Part shown: positions 25,197-38,910 of the stretch, one piece after another
Layout: every line of letters starts with the position of its first letter
Position numbering within the stretch: position 1 is the first letter of the stretch
DNA from: Botryllus schlosseri
Lineage: Eukaryota
DNA length: 64,000 nt
Reading direction: 5' to 3'
Assembly: GCA_051294905.1 (NCBI GenBank)
Contig: CM119371.1
Coordinates: 5,520,001-5,584,000, forward strand
The notes under the pieces: model-generated
Databases searched by the model: none
What the model saw: the letters and a program-made list of their open reading frames with translations, nothing else
What the model was told of the DNA's origin: nothing
Translations under genes and position numbers: made by a program

Positions 25197-27664
25197 ATCT
25201 ACCATGTTTTTGCCAGCATATTGTCTGTTGACCCATCACAATGACCTACCAGGAAACAAGCATTGTCCAGTGAGTTTTTCCAAGGCTACATTCCACGACA
25301 ACTAACGACACCCTGCTTGTCTATGACGTCCAGATTATCGGACAGTCAACTGGAGCCAAGTTTGAAAAGTGAGATTTTTACAGTTCTATAATATGGTTAC
25401 AGCTAGTCACAATCAACTACCCGCGTGACTTAATTCTGGATCAGGTATTAGTCTTCGAGTCTAGTGTCAGTGATGACGTCATAACAAGATGAAAGATGTG
25501 GAAAGTTGAACTATGCTATCGCAAACAAACGTAATTCTAGTTCTACATCACAATCAAGAATATTTTGTGCGCTTTTACGACCACTCCTATTCCATTGCAC
25601 TTTGTGACAATGGTATGGCTTGATCACAATTCAGAGATATGTCATCGATGTTTACAGTCTCCTACAGTGTGTAATAGTATCGAAACTGTAAATCTCGCAG
25701 TGGCCGCAGAAAAGGAACATATTTAAACATTCCACATCTTGACTGGCGTCAGGAACAATGATCTCAGTGCCGTCTGGATCAATATATTGTTTGTGGTCCC
25801 ATAGAAGGTACATATGTAAAATTTCAACCTCATTCATACTGCTTTGATGTCATAATGAGGGATACTCGAATACTCGACTCGAAGCCTAATACTGTATTCT
25901 GAATGGAATCACTCAGGTATTCAATTTTTCCCTACGTATGACAACTCTGATATCAAGACGGCAGCCTGAAATGAATTTTCTAATTTGGACGGTTCACTGG
26001 GTCTGCAAAATTTGTTGTTGAATTTTACCAGCCGGCTAGCTCCAGAAGATTTCGAACCACTGATTTAGATTTTCCGGCAAATAATATTGTCAATCTATCA
26101 ATCCAATTACATTTGATTTTTGTTGATCAGTCGCTGATGGAAGTTTACAAAAGAAGACGCGTCATCAAAGAATCAGAGACTCGTTATTACAAGCAACAGA
26201 TTCTGCTTGGAGTTGTTTATCTTCATGTTTGTAAGATCACTCACAAAGATATCGAGGTAAGATGGCTTGCAGTGGTGCCAGAATTGTACAAACTACTGCG
26301 AGAATTAGCGAGAAGCGTGTTGCAAAACGAGCAGCTCAGCCAGGGTTATCCCTGAGCACAGCATGCGGTCTCCTGCTGAGTCAGTTTGCCATTTTTACGC
26401 GTGCGAAATTAATTGGGTCATTGAGCACGACAAGCCACAACTAGAATCTAGAATTACTTGCTTTTCCAAGTCCACAATTACAAATAGAGCTAGTCAGAGA
26501 ATGACGTAGTTAGTTGCTCGTAACGTAACTGGATTTTTTAGTTTCACGAGTCTCAATTTCAGGCAATGATCATCAGAAGAACAAAAGGTCAAGAGATCAT
26601 CTCCATTGCAGTTTCGTTCATAAACACGTCGTTGGATTTTGACAAGGCTTTTACGTCTTCATTTCAATATCAATCTAATTTCTAGTATTCGCAAAAATGC
26701 TACAGGAGAACTGTATCGTACTAAACGAGCCAAGCTTGGTGTACTGGAATTTGCAATTGTCGTGCTTATGAGAATAAAATGGAAATTGATATCAAGTAAA
26801 CTTTTTGTACTATTTCTTAGATGGATCAGGTAAATAGAATTCGAATCTAATCTGGAAAGACTTGAGTAGCTATCATTGTAATTCTGGTCAAATTCGAAAA
26901 AAAGTTCATCTATCATGTTATGATTCACTCCAAATGAAGACTCATGTTTTCTAGTTTGATCGGCAACTGAAATTATTATAAATTCGCAAATAGAACTAGA
27001 ACTACTCACTTTTCAAAATCCACAACTGAAACCACTACCCAGTATCTAAATTCCAGGCATTGCTCGCGGATGAAGAACAGAATATGTCAATCATCAATAT
27101 CCCGGTTTGAATCACAAGCACGTCGTTGGATTTCACGGATTTTGTCTGCATCGTTCTCCAGATGTGCAAAAGAAGGGTTATAGCATTTCCTTGTTACAAA
27201 TGCAATGTCTCTGTGATTGTGTCGGTCGCAAATGCATCAAATCTGTACTTTTTTTACTGGCAGACTCGGACAATCAATTGATATCAAGTAAACTGATTTT
27301 TGGTGTATTTCATTCGCAAATTCTGTAATTCTAGTCTAATTTGTAAATAAAAATTATGTAGCTATGTCTCTATTTCAAGCATATTTGGGGAGAGACAGTA
27401 GCTATATTTCTAATTCACATCTAATTTTGAAAAAAAACTGTGCAGCTATAATTTTAGTTCTGATCTAGTTTCGCAAAGCTGAAAATTTCGTTACACAACT
27501 TTATTCACTATCACTTTGGTCACAATGATTCGAGCACGCGAATCTGAATCGAGTAGCGAAAGTCGATTTTCCCGAGCACTGAAATCATATGTTCCTTGCT
27601 ACAAGAGGTAAACAAACTGAGCTGAAGTGAGAGTGAATTTACCAACAAGAATTATGGTTTCGAT

Positions 27665-30137
27665 CAGACATGGGGTGATTACTTCACGAATGTAATCGAT
27701 TGCGATTACGATTACTTGTGAATCCCGCGATTACGATTACGATTACGATTACAGCGAAATCAGGAATTAGTCGATTACGATTACGATTACATTTCAAAAG
27801 TAATCACGATTACTCACGATTACATTTGTTTGGCTTCTAATATATTGGAGATATTGGAAGACAATATAAGGCTTGCGATGAAGATAAGGTCTAATGAGAT
27901 ATCAACTTTCTTTATAAATGATACGTCATTTGCTTGTTACGTCATAATGCACCCATTGCCCAACTATATGCAGGACTATTCGTCGCAGCCAACGATTTGC
28001 ATTCTTGTCAGGTCCGTAACTGCCACACCCCGAACTCCCCAATACGACCGGGAGCGAGTTCTAAGGGGACTCAAAAGTATTTCGTAAATCAACATAAATT
28101 ATAATAGAGTATTTGCAAGAGAGTTAATTAACTTGAAAATTTTCTTCGAGATAATGTCTCTAAATAGCTCGATTTTGAAATGCATACCTCTCCCCCTCAA
28201 GAAAAAAAGCATGCATAATTCATAAGAATATGCATTTCGGTGGCCGTCATTACCCCGGTACGACACACCAAAAGACGCATGCAATTTCGGCCAACATGCA
28301 ACTCCACAACGTGTGCTACAAAAGAATGACCTTGGCCAAAACTTTGGGTATGTGTCCATTGTCAGTAGCCGCGCTCTGTGGGCGTGACGAATAATCCAGT
28401 CTCTCCAATCTGAGCCCCAACAATGCAAATGCTAGCAGGGGTACTCACAGAAGAATGATGACATGACAATTTGTGTGTGCGTCTCACGAAAATTTTCTTA
28501 CGTTTGGGCGAGTGCAGTATCTTTTGATTACATAAAAGGTGGGAGGTCACGAATTAACAACATACAATAAAGTAATTATAACAACATACCAGATGCTATA
28601 ATTATGAATTACGTGCCCCCAGCTCTACCGGTAAATCTGAATGTATAGCAATATAATGCAATTACCCACATTAAGACGAAATTCAGTGATCAACTTGAAA
28701 ACTGACCACCATGGGGCCCCAATACCCAGGGTTGTAATGACTCGAGTCGCGATTTTTTGGTGACCAGACTTGACTCGAGTCAATTTTTGTATTGACTCGA
28801 CTTGTACTCGAGTCATTTTGCATGACTCAAACCAAGTCATAGGACTCGAGACTAGAACGGCCAAGACGGACATTCCATGTAACTTCGAAGAATAGTAAAG
28901 TTACCACATTATTTGTATTTCGTCTATCATCATGCAGTCCTGGTACATGGAGATAGGGCCGCATACTGATAAAACTGATAAAAATTACTATATTATGAAT
29001 ACGATCCATTCGATATCACTCGAGCAGAGTTGAAAAAAGTGGCTAAAGCCGGATTGATCTGAAAACTGATCAGTGAACATAACGACTTGTACTCGTAGTC
29101 GAGTCAAACACTATGACTCGGACTCGACCCTATACTAGCTGACTTGGACTCGGACTTGACTCGGGGGTGAATTGAAAATGACTCGACCTGACTCGTGTCA
29201 AAACTATAAAAGTGAGATCGACTTGTGACTCGTAACATTGTGACTTGGTTACAACCCTGCCAATACCAACGATTGGAGTGGGGGACGAATTGCTCTTTTG
29301 ATCCTGATTGTACCTAGAACCCACGCTAACATGGTGTATAAGCGGATGGCTATGGCGACAGGTGTAAATGTCGAGTGAAGAATTGTGAAATAACGATTGG
29401 CGCCCGTTTTAAGTAGAGTCATATGAGAATAAGATAAAGTGAACTTAAAATTCTACCTTCCACTTAATACAGATACTGCAAGGTGCCGTTACGAGAAACG
29501 GCAAAGAACGGCACGGTTATGATATATATCAGCAGCTGTTGCTTTTAACCATCGTAATGTTTTATTTGACGTACGTATATTACATAGATAGGCCTACTGC
29601 TCGCCAAGCAGCAACGGTCAAACTGTGCATATCTAAGCATACCCAAACATCAATACATAAGTTACTATTTGAAACTAGGCAGAGTGGTGATTATTATCTT
29701 GCTGCGAGGTAGTGCCGTCTGAAACGTATTGATAACCTGATATACAGCGTGGCTTACACTGTTCTAACAATAACACAACAATGTACATCGAATATATATT
29801 TACTACGTGTGGATACTTCTTACGCAAGGACGAGCAAAGCTAATGCTTCTGACGTAATAATGAGAAGTGGCGTTTGAAAATCAACCGTTTGCGCTATCAA
29901 TAACCTGGTAGAATATCTCTTCCTTGTTCACGAATGGTCGGTTATGTCATATTCATTATACAAATAAAAAGTAATCGTCCTTTCACAAAAAAATCGATTA
30001 GATATGTGAAGTAGTCGATTACGATTACGATTACTTTGGATTTTTTTCGAATGTAATCGATTGCGATTACGATTACTTGAAAATGCTGTAATCGTCGTAA
30101 TCGATTACGATTACTAATCGCGATTACCCCATGTCTG
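27665..30137 (+). mobile_element. Non-autonomous hAT element with (CGATTA)n subterminal repeats, copy 1
   Basis: CAGACATGGGGT...ACCCCATGTCTG TIRs; exact TSD GTTTCGAT; paralogous to 58817-62245. Confidence 0.92.
28727..29259. mobile_element. GACTCG-rich hAT MITE nested in the CGATTA element
   Basis: CAGGGTTGTAA...TTACAACCCTG TIRs; exact TSD CCAATACC. Confidence 0.92.
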
Positions 30138-30731
30138 GTTTCGATACTACTTTCCACAATGTGGAAAGCTGTGAACCTCGGATGGTCATATCACATTATA
30201 CGAAACATGTAGTATAAAGCTAAGCAAGTTACTTGAAATGACATTTCAGTCGCAATCAACTCATAGCATTGTCACAAAGTGCAATGAAATAGGTGTGGTC
30301 GAAACTATACAAATTATCCTAAAGTGATGGTGGACTGACATTATATTCTTTGTAGTAGCGTAGAAGGTAGTCTACATATTTGAACTTTACACATCATCCG
30401 TCCTGGTATGGTGTCATAATAAGTGATACTCGACTCGAAGCCTAATACTCGACTCAATTTCAAATCAGTCAGGCACTCGATTTCACCCAGCCTTACGTAT
30501 AACATGTCAAATATCAAAAAGACATCATAAAATGAAGTTTTTAATTTGAAAGTTCATCGGTTCAAAAAGTTTGTTGGCAGATTTTGCCGGCCCGCTATCT
30601 CAAGTAGGTTGAGAACCGCTGAGATAGATGTTCGCAACAAATTATATTGTTGTTTTCATGCTGTCAAACCGATTACCTTTTATTTGTGTTGTCACTCGCT
30701 GATGGAACCTTCCAAAAGAAGACGCGTCATC

Positions 30732-31316
30732 GAGGGTTGTAATGACTCGAGTCATGACTCGACTCGAGTCACGTTTCTCAGATGACTCGACTTGACTCGA
30801 GTCATTTTCTAAAAATACGGAAATGACTCGACTCGACTCTAGTCAGTTGGTGTATTGAGTCGACTTCGACTCGATTCATTGCGCATGACTCGAACCAAGT
30901 CATATGACTCGAGACTCAGAAGGCCAAGGGCGACGTTTCATTGTAATTTCGAGGAATAGTTAAGTAATCACACTATAGGGATTTCGTCTATTGGTACTGG
31001 TACTTAAAAATGCGCCCAGAAACTGCTAAAAATGACGAAAATTAGAATATTATAAATGCGAACCATTCGATATCACCAAACAGAGTTATATAAAGTGGTT
31101 TTAACAAGCCTTTAACTGGAAACTGGGCAGTCAACACAATGACTTGGACTCGACTCGAGTCATAATACCATGACTCGGAGTCGACCTTCTGCTCGGTGAC
31201 TTGGACTCGGACTTGACTCGCTGGTGAATTGAAAATGACTCGACTTGACTCGAGTCAAAACTATAAAACTGAGATTGACTTGTGACTCGGAGACTTGTTA
31301 CTTGGTTACAACCTTG
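30732..31316. mobile_element. GACTCG-rich hAT MITE inserted in a PLK exon
   Basis: GAGGGTTGTAA...TTACAACCTTG; exact TSD GCGTCATC. Confidence 0.9.
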
Positions 31317-32222
31317 GCGTCATCACAGAACCAGAGACTCGGTATTTCATGCGACAGATTCTGATTTTAACGTCGTTATCCTCAATGGAAGATCATTCAC
31401 AGAGTTATCAATGTCATAATTGTAGTGTAGTTATATAATTACACTAATCAGATCGAATGCCTGTAATCTAAATCTAATCTAATTTGTCAAATGTTTCAAT
31501 GTTCTCATTTTAGTTCTAATCTAATTTCTGGTTTTCCAGACATTGCTACAGGAGAACTGTATCGCGCGAAAGTAAGGAAGCTCGATGCACACACTGTACA
31601 GACATTTGTCATTCTCGTGCTGGTGAGAATGAACTCTGATTTGAAATGAACTGAACTTCATTCGATGTCTCAAGCTTTCTTGAGCTCAGTAATTATAATT
31701 GTGATCTAATTTTTGAAAATTTATGTAGTCATCATTCCAATTATTGTCTAATTCGGAGAAAAACTGTTTGCTTTCATACTAATGCTAGCCTAATTCGAAA
31801 CAAAAACTGTGTAGCTATCATTCTCATTTTCATACAATTTGAAGATTACTGTGAAGCTATCAGTATAATTGTACTCTAATAAGGAAAAAAAGACTTTGTA
31901 GATGTACTGTGATTGAAATCGTAATATAAATTCATAAAGCTGAAAATTTTCAAGTGGTCCTGGTCTGCAAATCTGCCTGAATCCTGATCCTTGAATCTCT
32001 CCCTATCCAATCACAGAAGATGTTTATGACATCAAACCCAAATCTAGATTCGTGTTATAATTATAATTCCTCAAATCTTGATTTCCAAATATAACGAGTT
32101 AGTATTTCGGACAAGTGACATCGTGCTACATGTAAACAACCATTAACATTAACTGCGCCGTTTGTGAGTTACGAATATATTTTGTAAAGGAAATGTTTCA
32201 AATATTTCCGATTGCAAATCAC

Positions 32223-33112
32223 TAGGGCAATTTCTTTTGACCTAAAAAATCTAAATTTTGACCCAAAAAAACGGAAAATTTTGACCTAAAAAATCTAAAT
32301 TTTGACCTAAAAAAACTGAAATTTGACCAAATTTTGACCTCACGTATGCAAATTAGGTGTTTTCGCATATAATGTTAAAAATGTACTACTTATCTTCATT
32401 TCTGGTTGGAACTGTTTGTCCTTACAAAGTAGATTGGCCTGAAAAAACGTTTTTGGCTCAAAATCTGACAGATTTTTACATGAAAAAGTAGTATTTTAAC
32501 GAAATCTGGCCCTATGAAGAATTCCAGTAGTTACATTACGTATTCTGGTGGAAATAATTAAAATTTGTTGTAGTACAACGAAAGATCCTTTCCTACATTC
32601 TCGGGTAGAAAGTGTCTGTTCTTACTACGTAGCTTGCCAAGAACGGAGAAAGAACGTTCAACAGCAGCATTTGTTGGCTGACAACACTCAAGTTGTGCGT
32701 ACACTGCTGGTGACAAACCGTGTTGCTTCATTCTGACAATGTTGTCTATGTCACAATTTTGCAGCTTGCGCTTCTTGATATAAGAACCATGCAATGTCCA
32801 AGCAGTCTTGCTTCAGCTAGGATATTGCGGTACGTTGACCATAAAACCATGTCACTATTTGTTTCATTTGACCATTTATGATTCACAATGAGCAGACGAT
32901 GGTCCGTTTACCACGGTAGGCCTATTAAGTAGGCTACAAGCTGTAAAATATCAAATGATAAGTTCACCGACAGCGCAAAATCTACGATACAAGCGAAATG
33001 CAGAGGTCAAAAAATGTTTGACTTTGTAAACAATTTTGACAAATTTTGACCTAACGCTACAATTTTGACCTAATTTTGACTTTTTTTGACATGTCAAAAA
33101 AAAATTGCCCTA
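32223..33112 (-). mobile_element. Non-autonomous hAT element (TAGGGC family), copy 2
   Basis: TAGGGCAATTT...AAATTGCCCTA; exact TSD CAAATCAC. ORF 32558-32794(-) has CQPTNAAVERSFSVLGKLRSKNRHFLPEN, resembling the hAT C-terminal dimerisation motif. Confidence 0.92.
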
Positions 33113-35095
33113 CAAATCACTGTAAAGCAGGGATGTTGAACCCCATTGCATTCCAACTTTTCGATCAATCAAATAACAGAAATGATAAAGCAGTCAGCAC
33201 TGCTACTCAAGTAGAAGTATAAATAATGACATAAATGTCTACTAGAATATAAGTAGCGATGCCTGAATTAATAAAAATGAAGTTTTCGAAAACAGAAAAC
33301 TACGAAGTAGAAATGGGAGTAGTTTTCACCTGACCTTGAAATCGCTTCTTCAACTTGTAATTGAGTAGAAATGTGTGAAGTTACTTCTACTTGAGTGATA
33401 ACTCTGACTGTTTTGAGCACCACTGAGAATGACAATGTAATCCTATCATGCAGGACCACACCACTGATCCTGTGTCCTCTGATTGCTGCCGTTACTGCTA
33501 CAAAAATACCGATACAACCGTAATCGGGGCACGCGCCCACGATACGCAGATTGTATCTTGGAAAGACTCATGTCTGAAGACTCTACTTTAGATGAATTTT
33601 CATGACACGCTTGATACACGGAGCAATACATTTCTGTTCGCAAATGGAATCGCTTCAAGCTGTTCAACTGATTCTTTTTTGAGCTGAGGGTGAATCAATT
33701 AATGCATAACATAAATGTTTTGTTCGTAGCCATATTACAATTCTGTAGCGCGTGGATGTTATGTAATAGACTTAGTGTAAATTGACTTCGAATTGTTGTG
33801 TCTTGTATATCAATAGCAGCTTTCGCAGGGAATACTTTCTCTTGTAAAAAGACTTGATTGTATTCATCCAAAGAGATCGTGTGTCGGATTGAATTTGTGA
33901 CGTAGGCTTTGTGTTTGACCTTGTTTTTTTGGCGTGCAGGGCTGGTCAAACGTGGCATGACCTCGCTATCCGTTTTAAGATCTCGAGGTACATTTCCACA
34001 GAATTACGAGTAGAACTAGCAATCTTGAAGACATCTCATTAGGCAAGCACATAATGAAAGATCTTAAAAGTACTGTAGTTTCAAAAAGCTGATATGGCTG
34101 AGCTTTCATTTATGAGCAGTTCGGTCTGCAGTGTCTATTTTTGAAATCGCAACTCGCAAGATGGATCTTCGCGGAAGACGAAAAATTTCAAATAGCTGCG
34201 AGATATATTCAGTTACCGTGGTACAGGTCGTGTTTCGCCCAGTTGTCCTGATAATTTTATTTTAAAAATACTTTGTACTTGTCAAGATACCAAGTGCGTC
34301 AAATAAGTGGTGTTGCTGGAAAACTGTTTAGTAGTAGTCTATTATACAAGGTCACTTGAGTAAGTAGCGTAACTGCCCAAAAGGATAAGTACTTTGATAC
34401 TGACAACCTCTGGCCGTAGGATAAATATTGAGGAAGTTTAATATTTCGAGTCAAAGTCTCCATCATTCACCAACGCTGACTATGCCACCGTTTCAAAATG
34501 ATAATGGTGAACAACTGGTGTCATAGTTATAGCCCACTTTTGGCGTTGACTGAGAGAGGGATTCATTTCGTCAAGCGATGAGGCCAACACACATATACAT
34601 GTTCGTTTCTAGTTGCTCAAATGTATATCAGCTACGAAATATGGGAGATTACATCTGAATTTCAAACAACGGGTATTTGAGTTTGAAATAAAGAGTGGTT
34701 CCAAAACCCTAAAATCTCGGCTACGCGAGCGTTAGACGTGATTACTTTGAGCACGACAGAGCAGGGGTTATTAAAGTATGGGTCATGAAGGGTATAATTT
34801 TGGGTCATGACTGTTCAAGTGATAATAACGTATGCAATATTTGTCGAATTTTTGGCGCTTCGCGCGATATCCTATGGTTGATTTGTGCACATCCGAGGTC
34901 GCGGTATTTGGTATGGGTACATAGAAGTGTCGCTACTACAGTGTGGTTTGATAATGAAGATAAGATCGGTAACACGACTCACGCCCAACGACGATACATG
35001 TTTTTTTAGTTGTTCTGCAACAAAATTTTCAATAAAATACTCCTTTTTTAATATATGCATAGATAACTGGTAGCGCTCGCAACCTACATTTAATC

Positions 35096-35885
35096 AAGGG
35101 GTGTCAAACCCACCAGACGATTTCATCAATGTTGGTATATGTTGTAGGAAATACTTCCACAAAATAATACCCCGCGATGGCAAATGTAGAGTAATTCATC
35201 TCAGGCCCATTATAACCATATCCAACAGCGGTGTTGTGGTATTACCGTTAGGATCAAGTCGCTTACATTGACACCCAATTAAGAGAAGGCAAAAAAGTGG
35301 ATACGGAGTTCAGTTTTATTGGAAAAATAGAGTCATAATTAATTATCTACATAAGCGAAAATGCCGCTATATTCAGGTTACATTGAAAATAAAATAGTTA
35401 CACAGAAATATAATACAAATATATGTGGTTGCACTGCTGCATCACTTCTAACTCAAGACGTCGCATGCCTCAATAGAAACCCGAATCACGATTTAATAAT
35501 AATGAAGCAACTTCCAAAGTCTGCGTTTACAATTAAATCCCCTGTATTCGTCCTAACGTATAGGTTACGCAGAGTTGAGGCCAGTATACGACTAAATAAG
35601 GGACCAGCAACTGTTTTAGAGTTTATAACTGTATTCAACCTCCCAGTCACCGTATTATAGCAAATAACATTGTTTGCAAATAACTGTCCAACTAGAATAT
35701 ACCCCATGATCCGTAATATATTGTATTATACTATTTTACATAAAGGAGCGATAATAAAGTATCCGAATGAGAAACAAGGTCACGGATTTGGAGGTACAAT
35801 TTTGAAATCATTTGACTGGTGCGGCCCACGAGCGATGAGAAGGTTCGAATCCGGCCCGCGACGCAAATTGAGTTTGACACCTTTG
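35096..35885. mobile_element. Charlie/Buster-type hAT MITE
   Basis: AGGGGTGTCAAAC...GTTTGACACCTTTG; TSD ATTTAATC/ATTTAAAC (7/8); subterminal CGGCCC motifs. Confidence 0.75.
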
Positions 35886-37506
35886 ATTTAAACCATATGC
35901 CGCCCGTACTCGAATAACCACTGCTATACTGTCGAGATTCATCGGATGCAACGGCATATGGCGTTAGTTCGTACCCTGCCAGCTTCAACGAATATATAGA
36001 ACGATTGTTGGCTCATTCACATGTATTGATCGAATAAGTAACTTCAATATGCTGCATGTGTCTCAAAAATGAGCATGAGAGATACGTAAGCTTACATGGC
36101 ATGATAGCGAGAGACAAGTAGTAAATATATTCAATGTTGAGGGCAATTACAGGACGGAGCAAGCAGCTAAACATCGTCGTGTTAATGGGTCTTGACGGAA
36201 TCGAGTGGTGACAGATGATTTTTACAGTACTGCAATGATACGTTCCTTTACTGAGACGTAATTTTCCAACGCGAAAATTGCAATGACATAGGCGGGGTCG
36301 AAAAGTAACATATACTCTTTATTGAGATATAGAACTGCCTGACACAATTATTGGCCTCTAACATACTAGAGTACTAGACAATGTTAGGATAACAAAATAC
36401 GAGGCTATTCAAGCCTAACAAAATACACCAACACATTATCGAAACAATGGCAACGCATTAATCTCAAAATATTTTTTTTACCTAAGTGACGACACAACTA
36501 ACACTAAGACACAACAAATATACAAATTGTACACAATTTCTAGGCAAAATGCTAGAAATAACTCAATATTTCCCATTGGTGGCTCAAAAATATCAAGAGT
36601 GGCACAACTGCTCACCAAGGGAGGATATCTAACTTCAAACAGCATTCCTGGACACCAATATGTACACTTGTACAGGTATGCCATGCTGAAATTGTACTAA
36701 CCACCTCTGTGTCAATATGATGCGCGACTCAAGTGGTAAGCAACATACCCTTAGTCCGCTAATATGTACAAGTGGGGCAAATAAAAAGGTACATATATTT
36801 CGATCAGTGTGGTACACTGAGCATGATCGACGTATCCTTCAGTCGCGCAGTGCACGTCTACTACTCAATAGCTGAGGGACATCTGCATGCTGTGGTATGT
36901 CCAAGGCAGACTTTGTATGGGTCTGGCATGTCTGGCTCTTACTTTCAGGTGTGGTGAACAGCGTAATATTTGTTTTGATTCTCGGGCTGGTCTGTCTTTG
37001 AACAGATTTCTGGGAATTGTGCTCTCGCAGTACCGTAGCTGGTATTTCGTACGCGGCTACGCATTTTGTTGTCAACACTAGTCTGGTCGATTGAATGCTG
37101 TAGAGGTCGAGGTCGAGTCGGCCAATTGCGGGTCGGTACATTTGATTTCGTCAACCGAAATTCATGCCAGAATTGTTCCCCAAGGATTGAAAACGTTCGA
37201 TGTCCCTTTCGCTATGAGAGCTCGGATGAACCGGATGTGAATGCTACATCGGAACGTGCGCACCAATCTGAAACAGCACACGACAGTCAGCATCACTTTG
37301 AAAAGGACTTAAGAACTACACTCGCTAACTTATAGCGTCAACGACAGACCCAAACAGTCGACTCTCCAACAAGCCTGGTTCGCATGATATATGCCTAATC
37401 GTTGGGCTGAGCAATCACATCTGTGATAGGGATCGTGCACACCATATCGTCACTGGTCTGAACTATCGCGTCACAGGCACTGCAGGGGCGTCTTACACAC
37501 GGGTAA

Positions 37507-38910
37507 TTACGGTACATCACAATAATGAATTTTGGTGCCAGCATGCACCGCCATATGATGATTGAGGTTGCCCTTAAGAGTAAATGCCTTCCCAAATATA
37601 TCACAACCATGATTTTTGATGCAAACATGCATATCCATATGTTGCTTGAGGTGCCTCTTTCTAGTAAATGCTTTCCCACATATATCACAAACATGATTTC
37701 TGATACCAGCATGCATATCCATATGAAGCTTGAGGGTACCCTTCTCAGTGAATGCTTTCCCACATATATCACAAATATGATTTTTTATTCCAGTATGTAT
37801 ATTCATATGACGATTGAGGCAACTCTTACGAGTGAATGCCTTCCCACATATATCGCAAACATGATTTTTGATGCCAGCATGCTTATCCATATGAAGTTTC
37901 AAGAAACCTTTCTCAGTGAATGCTTTACCACATATAGCGCATTTATGATTTTTAATTCCAGCATGCTTATCCATATGCAAATTGAGGGTACCTCTCCGAG
38001 TGAATGCTTTACCACATATATCACAAACATGATTTCTGATGCCGGCATGCATTTCCATATGAAGCTTGAGGTGACTCTTACGAGTGAATGCTTTACCACA
38101 TACCTCACATTCACTGTTGTGTATACCAGCATGCACATCCATATGAAGCTTGAGGGTACCCTTCTGAGTGAATGCTTTACCACATACATCACATTCATGA
38201 TTTTTTGTTCCAGTATGCATATGTATATGACGCTTGAGGGTACCCTTCTCAGTGAATGCTTTACCACATATAGCACATTTATGATTTTTGATGCCAGCAT
38301 GCATATCCATATGAAGCTTGAGGTGATTCTTACGTATGAATGCTTTACCACATATAGCACATGTATGATTTTTGATGCCAGCATGCATATCCATATGACT
38401 CTTGAGGTGATTCTTACGTATGAATGCTTTACCACATATAGCACATGTATGATTTTTGATGCCAGCATGCATATCCATATGACTCTTGAGGTAAGGCTTT
38501 TTAGTGAATGATTTCCCACATACATCACATTCATGATTATTGATGCCAGTATCCGTATCCATATGACGCTTGAGGTGACCCTTCCTAGTGAATGCTTCTC
38601 CATGTAAATCACATTCACGATTGTTTATTCCAGCATGCACATCCATATGACGCTCGAGGGTACCCTTCTGAGTGAATGATTTACCACATATATCAGATTC
38701 AACATTTTTGATGCCAGCATTCATATTTATATGTTGCTTGAGGTTACTATTCCCAGTAAATGCTTTCCAATATATATCCAATTGGCGTTCTTTCAAGTCG
38801 TGATCAATAGTTGATACTGGATCCAAATCATGCTTTTCTTTATGACACTAGGGAAAAGACTCACCGAGTTTCAGCATTTCAGCATATAAAATTGGTTCGC
38901 TTATCAACAT
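37507..38910 (-). CDS. Tandem C2H2 zinc-finger exon (11 intact, 4 degenerate, 1 truncated finger)
   Basis: 28-aa periodic CxxCGKAFTxKxxLKxHMDxH repeats with AGIKNH linkers. Candidate acceptors at 38911 (TGCAG) or 38848 (TTTTCCCTAG). Upstream exons not identified. Confidence 0.9.

Larger units (their letters stand above)
18570..31410 (+). pseudogene. PLK1: Cluster of duplicated, decayed Polo-like kinase (PLK1-like) kinase-domain exons
   Basis: Gly-loop exon ~18570-18671 (FLGK..GFAKCF..VFASKIVLK, frameshifted). 'HVVGFHGFF..LELCKRR' exon at 21908-22042, 22893-23038, 26563-26660 and 27057-27177. 'SLMEVYKRRRVI..RYY.QQILLG..HKDIE' exon at 19618-20566, 26131-26256 and 30697-31410. Activation-loop exon at 19070-19257, 20947-21134 and 24193-24380 (KIGNFG/KIGGFS..TPNYIAPEVL.K.GHSF). 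Kinase C-terminal exon 25217-25368 (EFFQGYIPRQL..CL). Stops, frameshifts and MITE insertions throughout. Confidence 0.88.

Noticed and set aside
37525..38618. Long antisense (37525-38511) and alternative-frame (37899-38618) ORFs
   Set aside because: Typical shadow ORFs of a repetitive C2H2 zinc-finger array.
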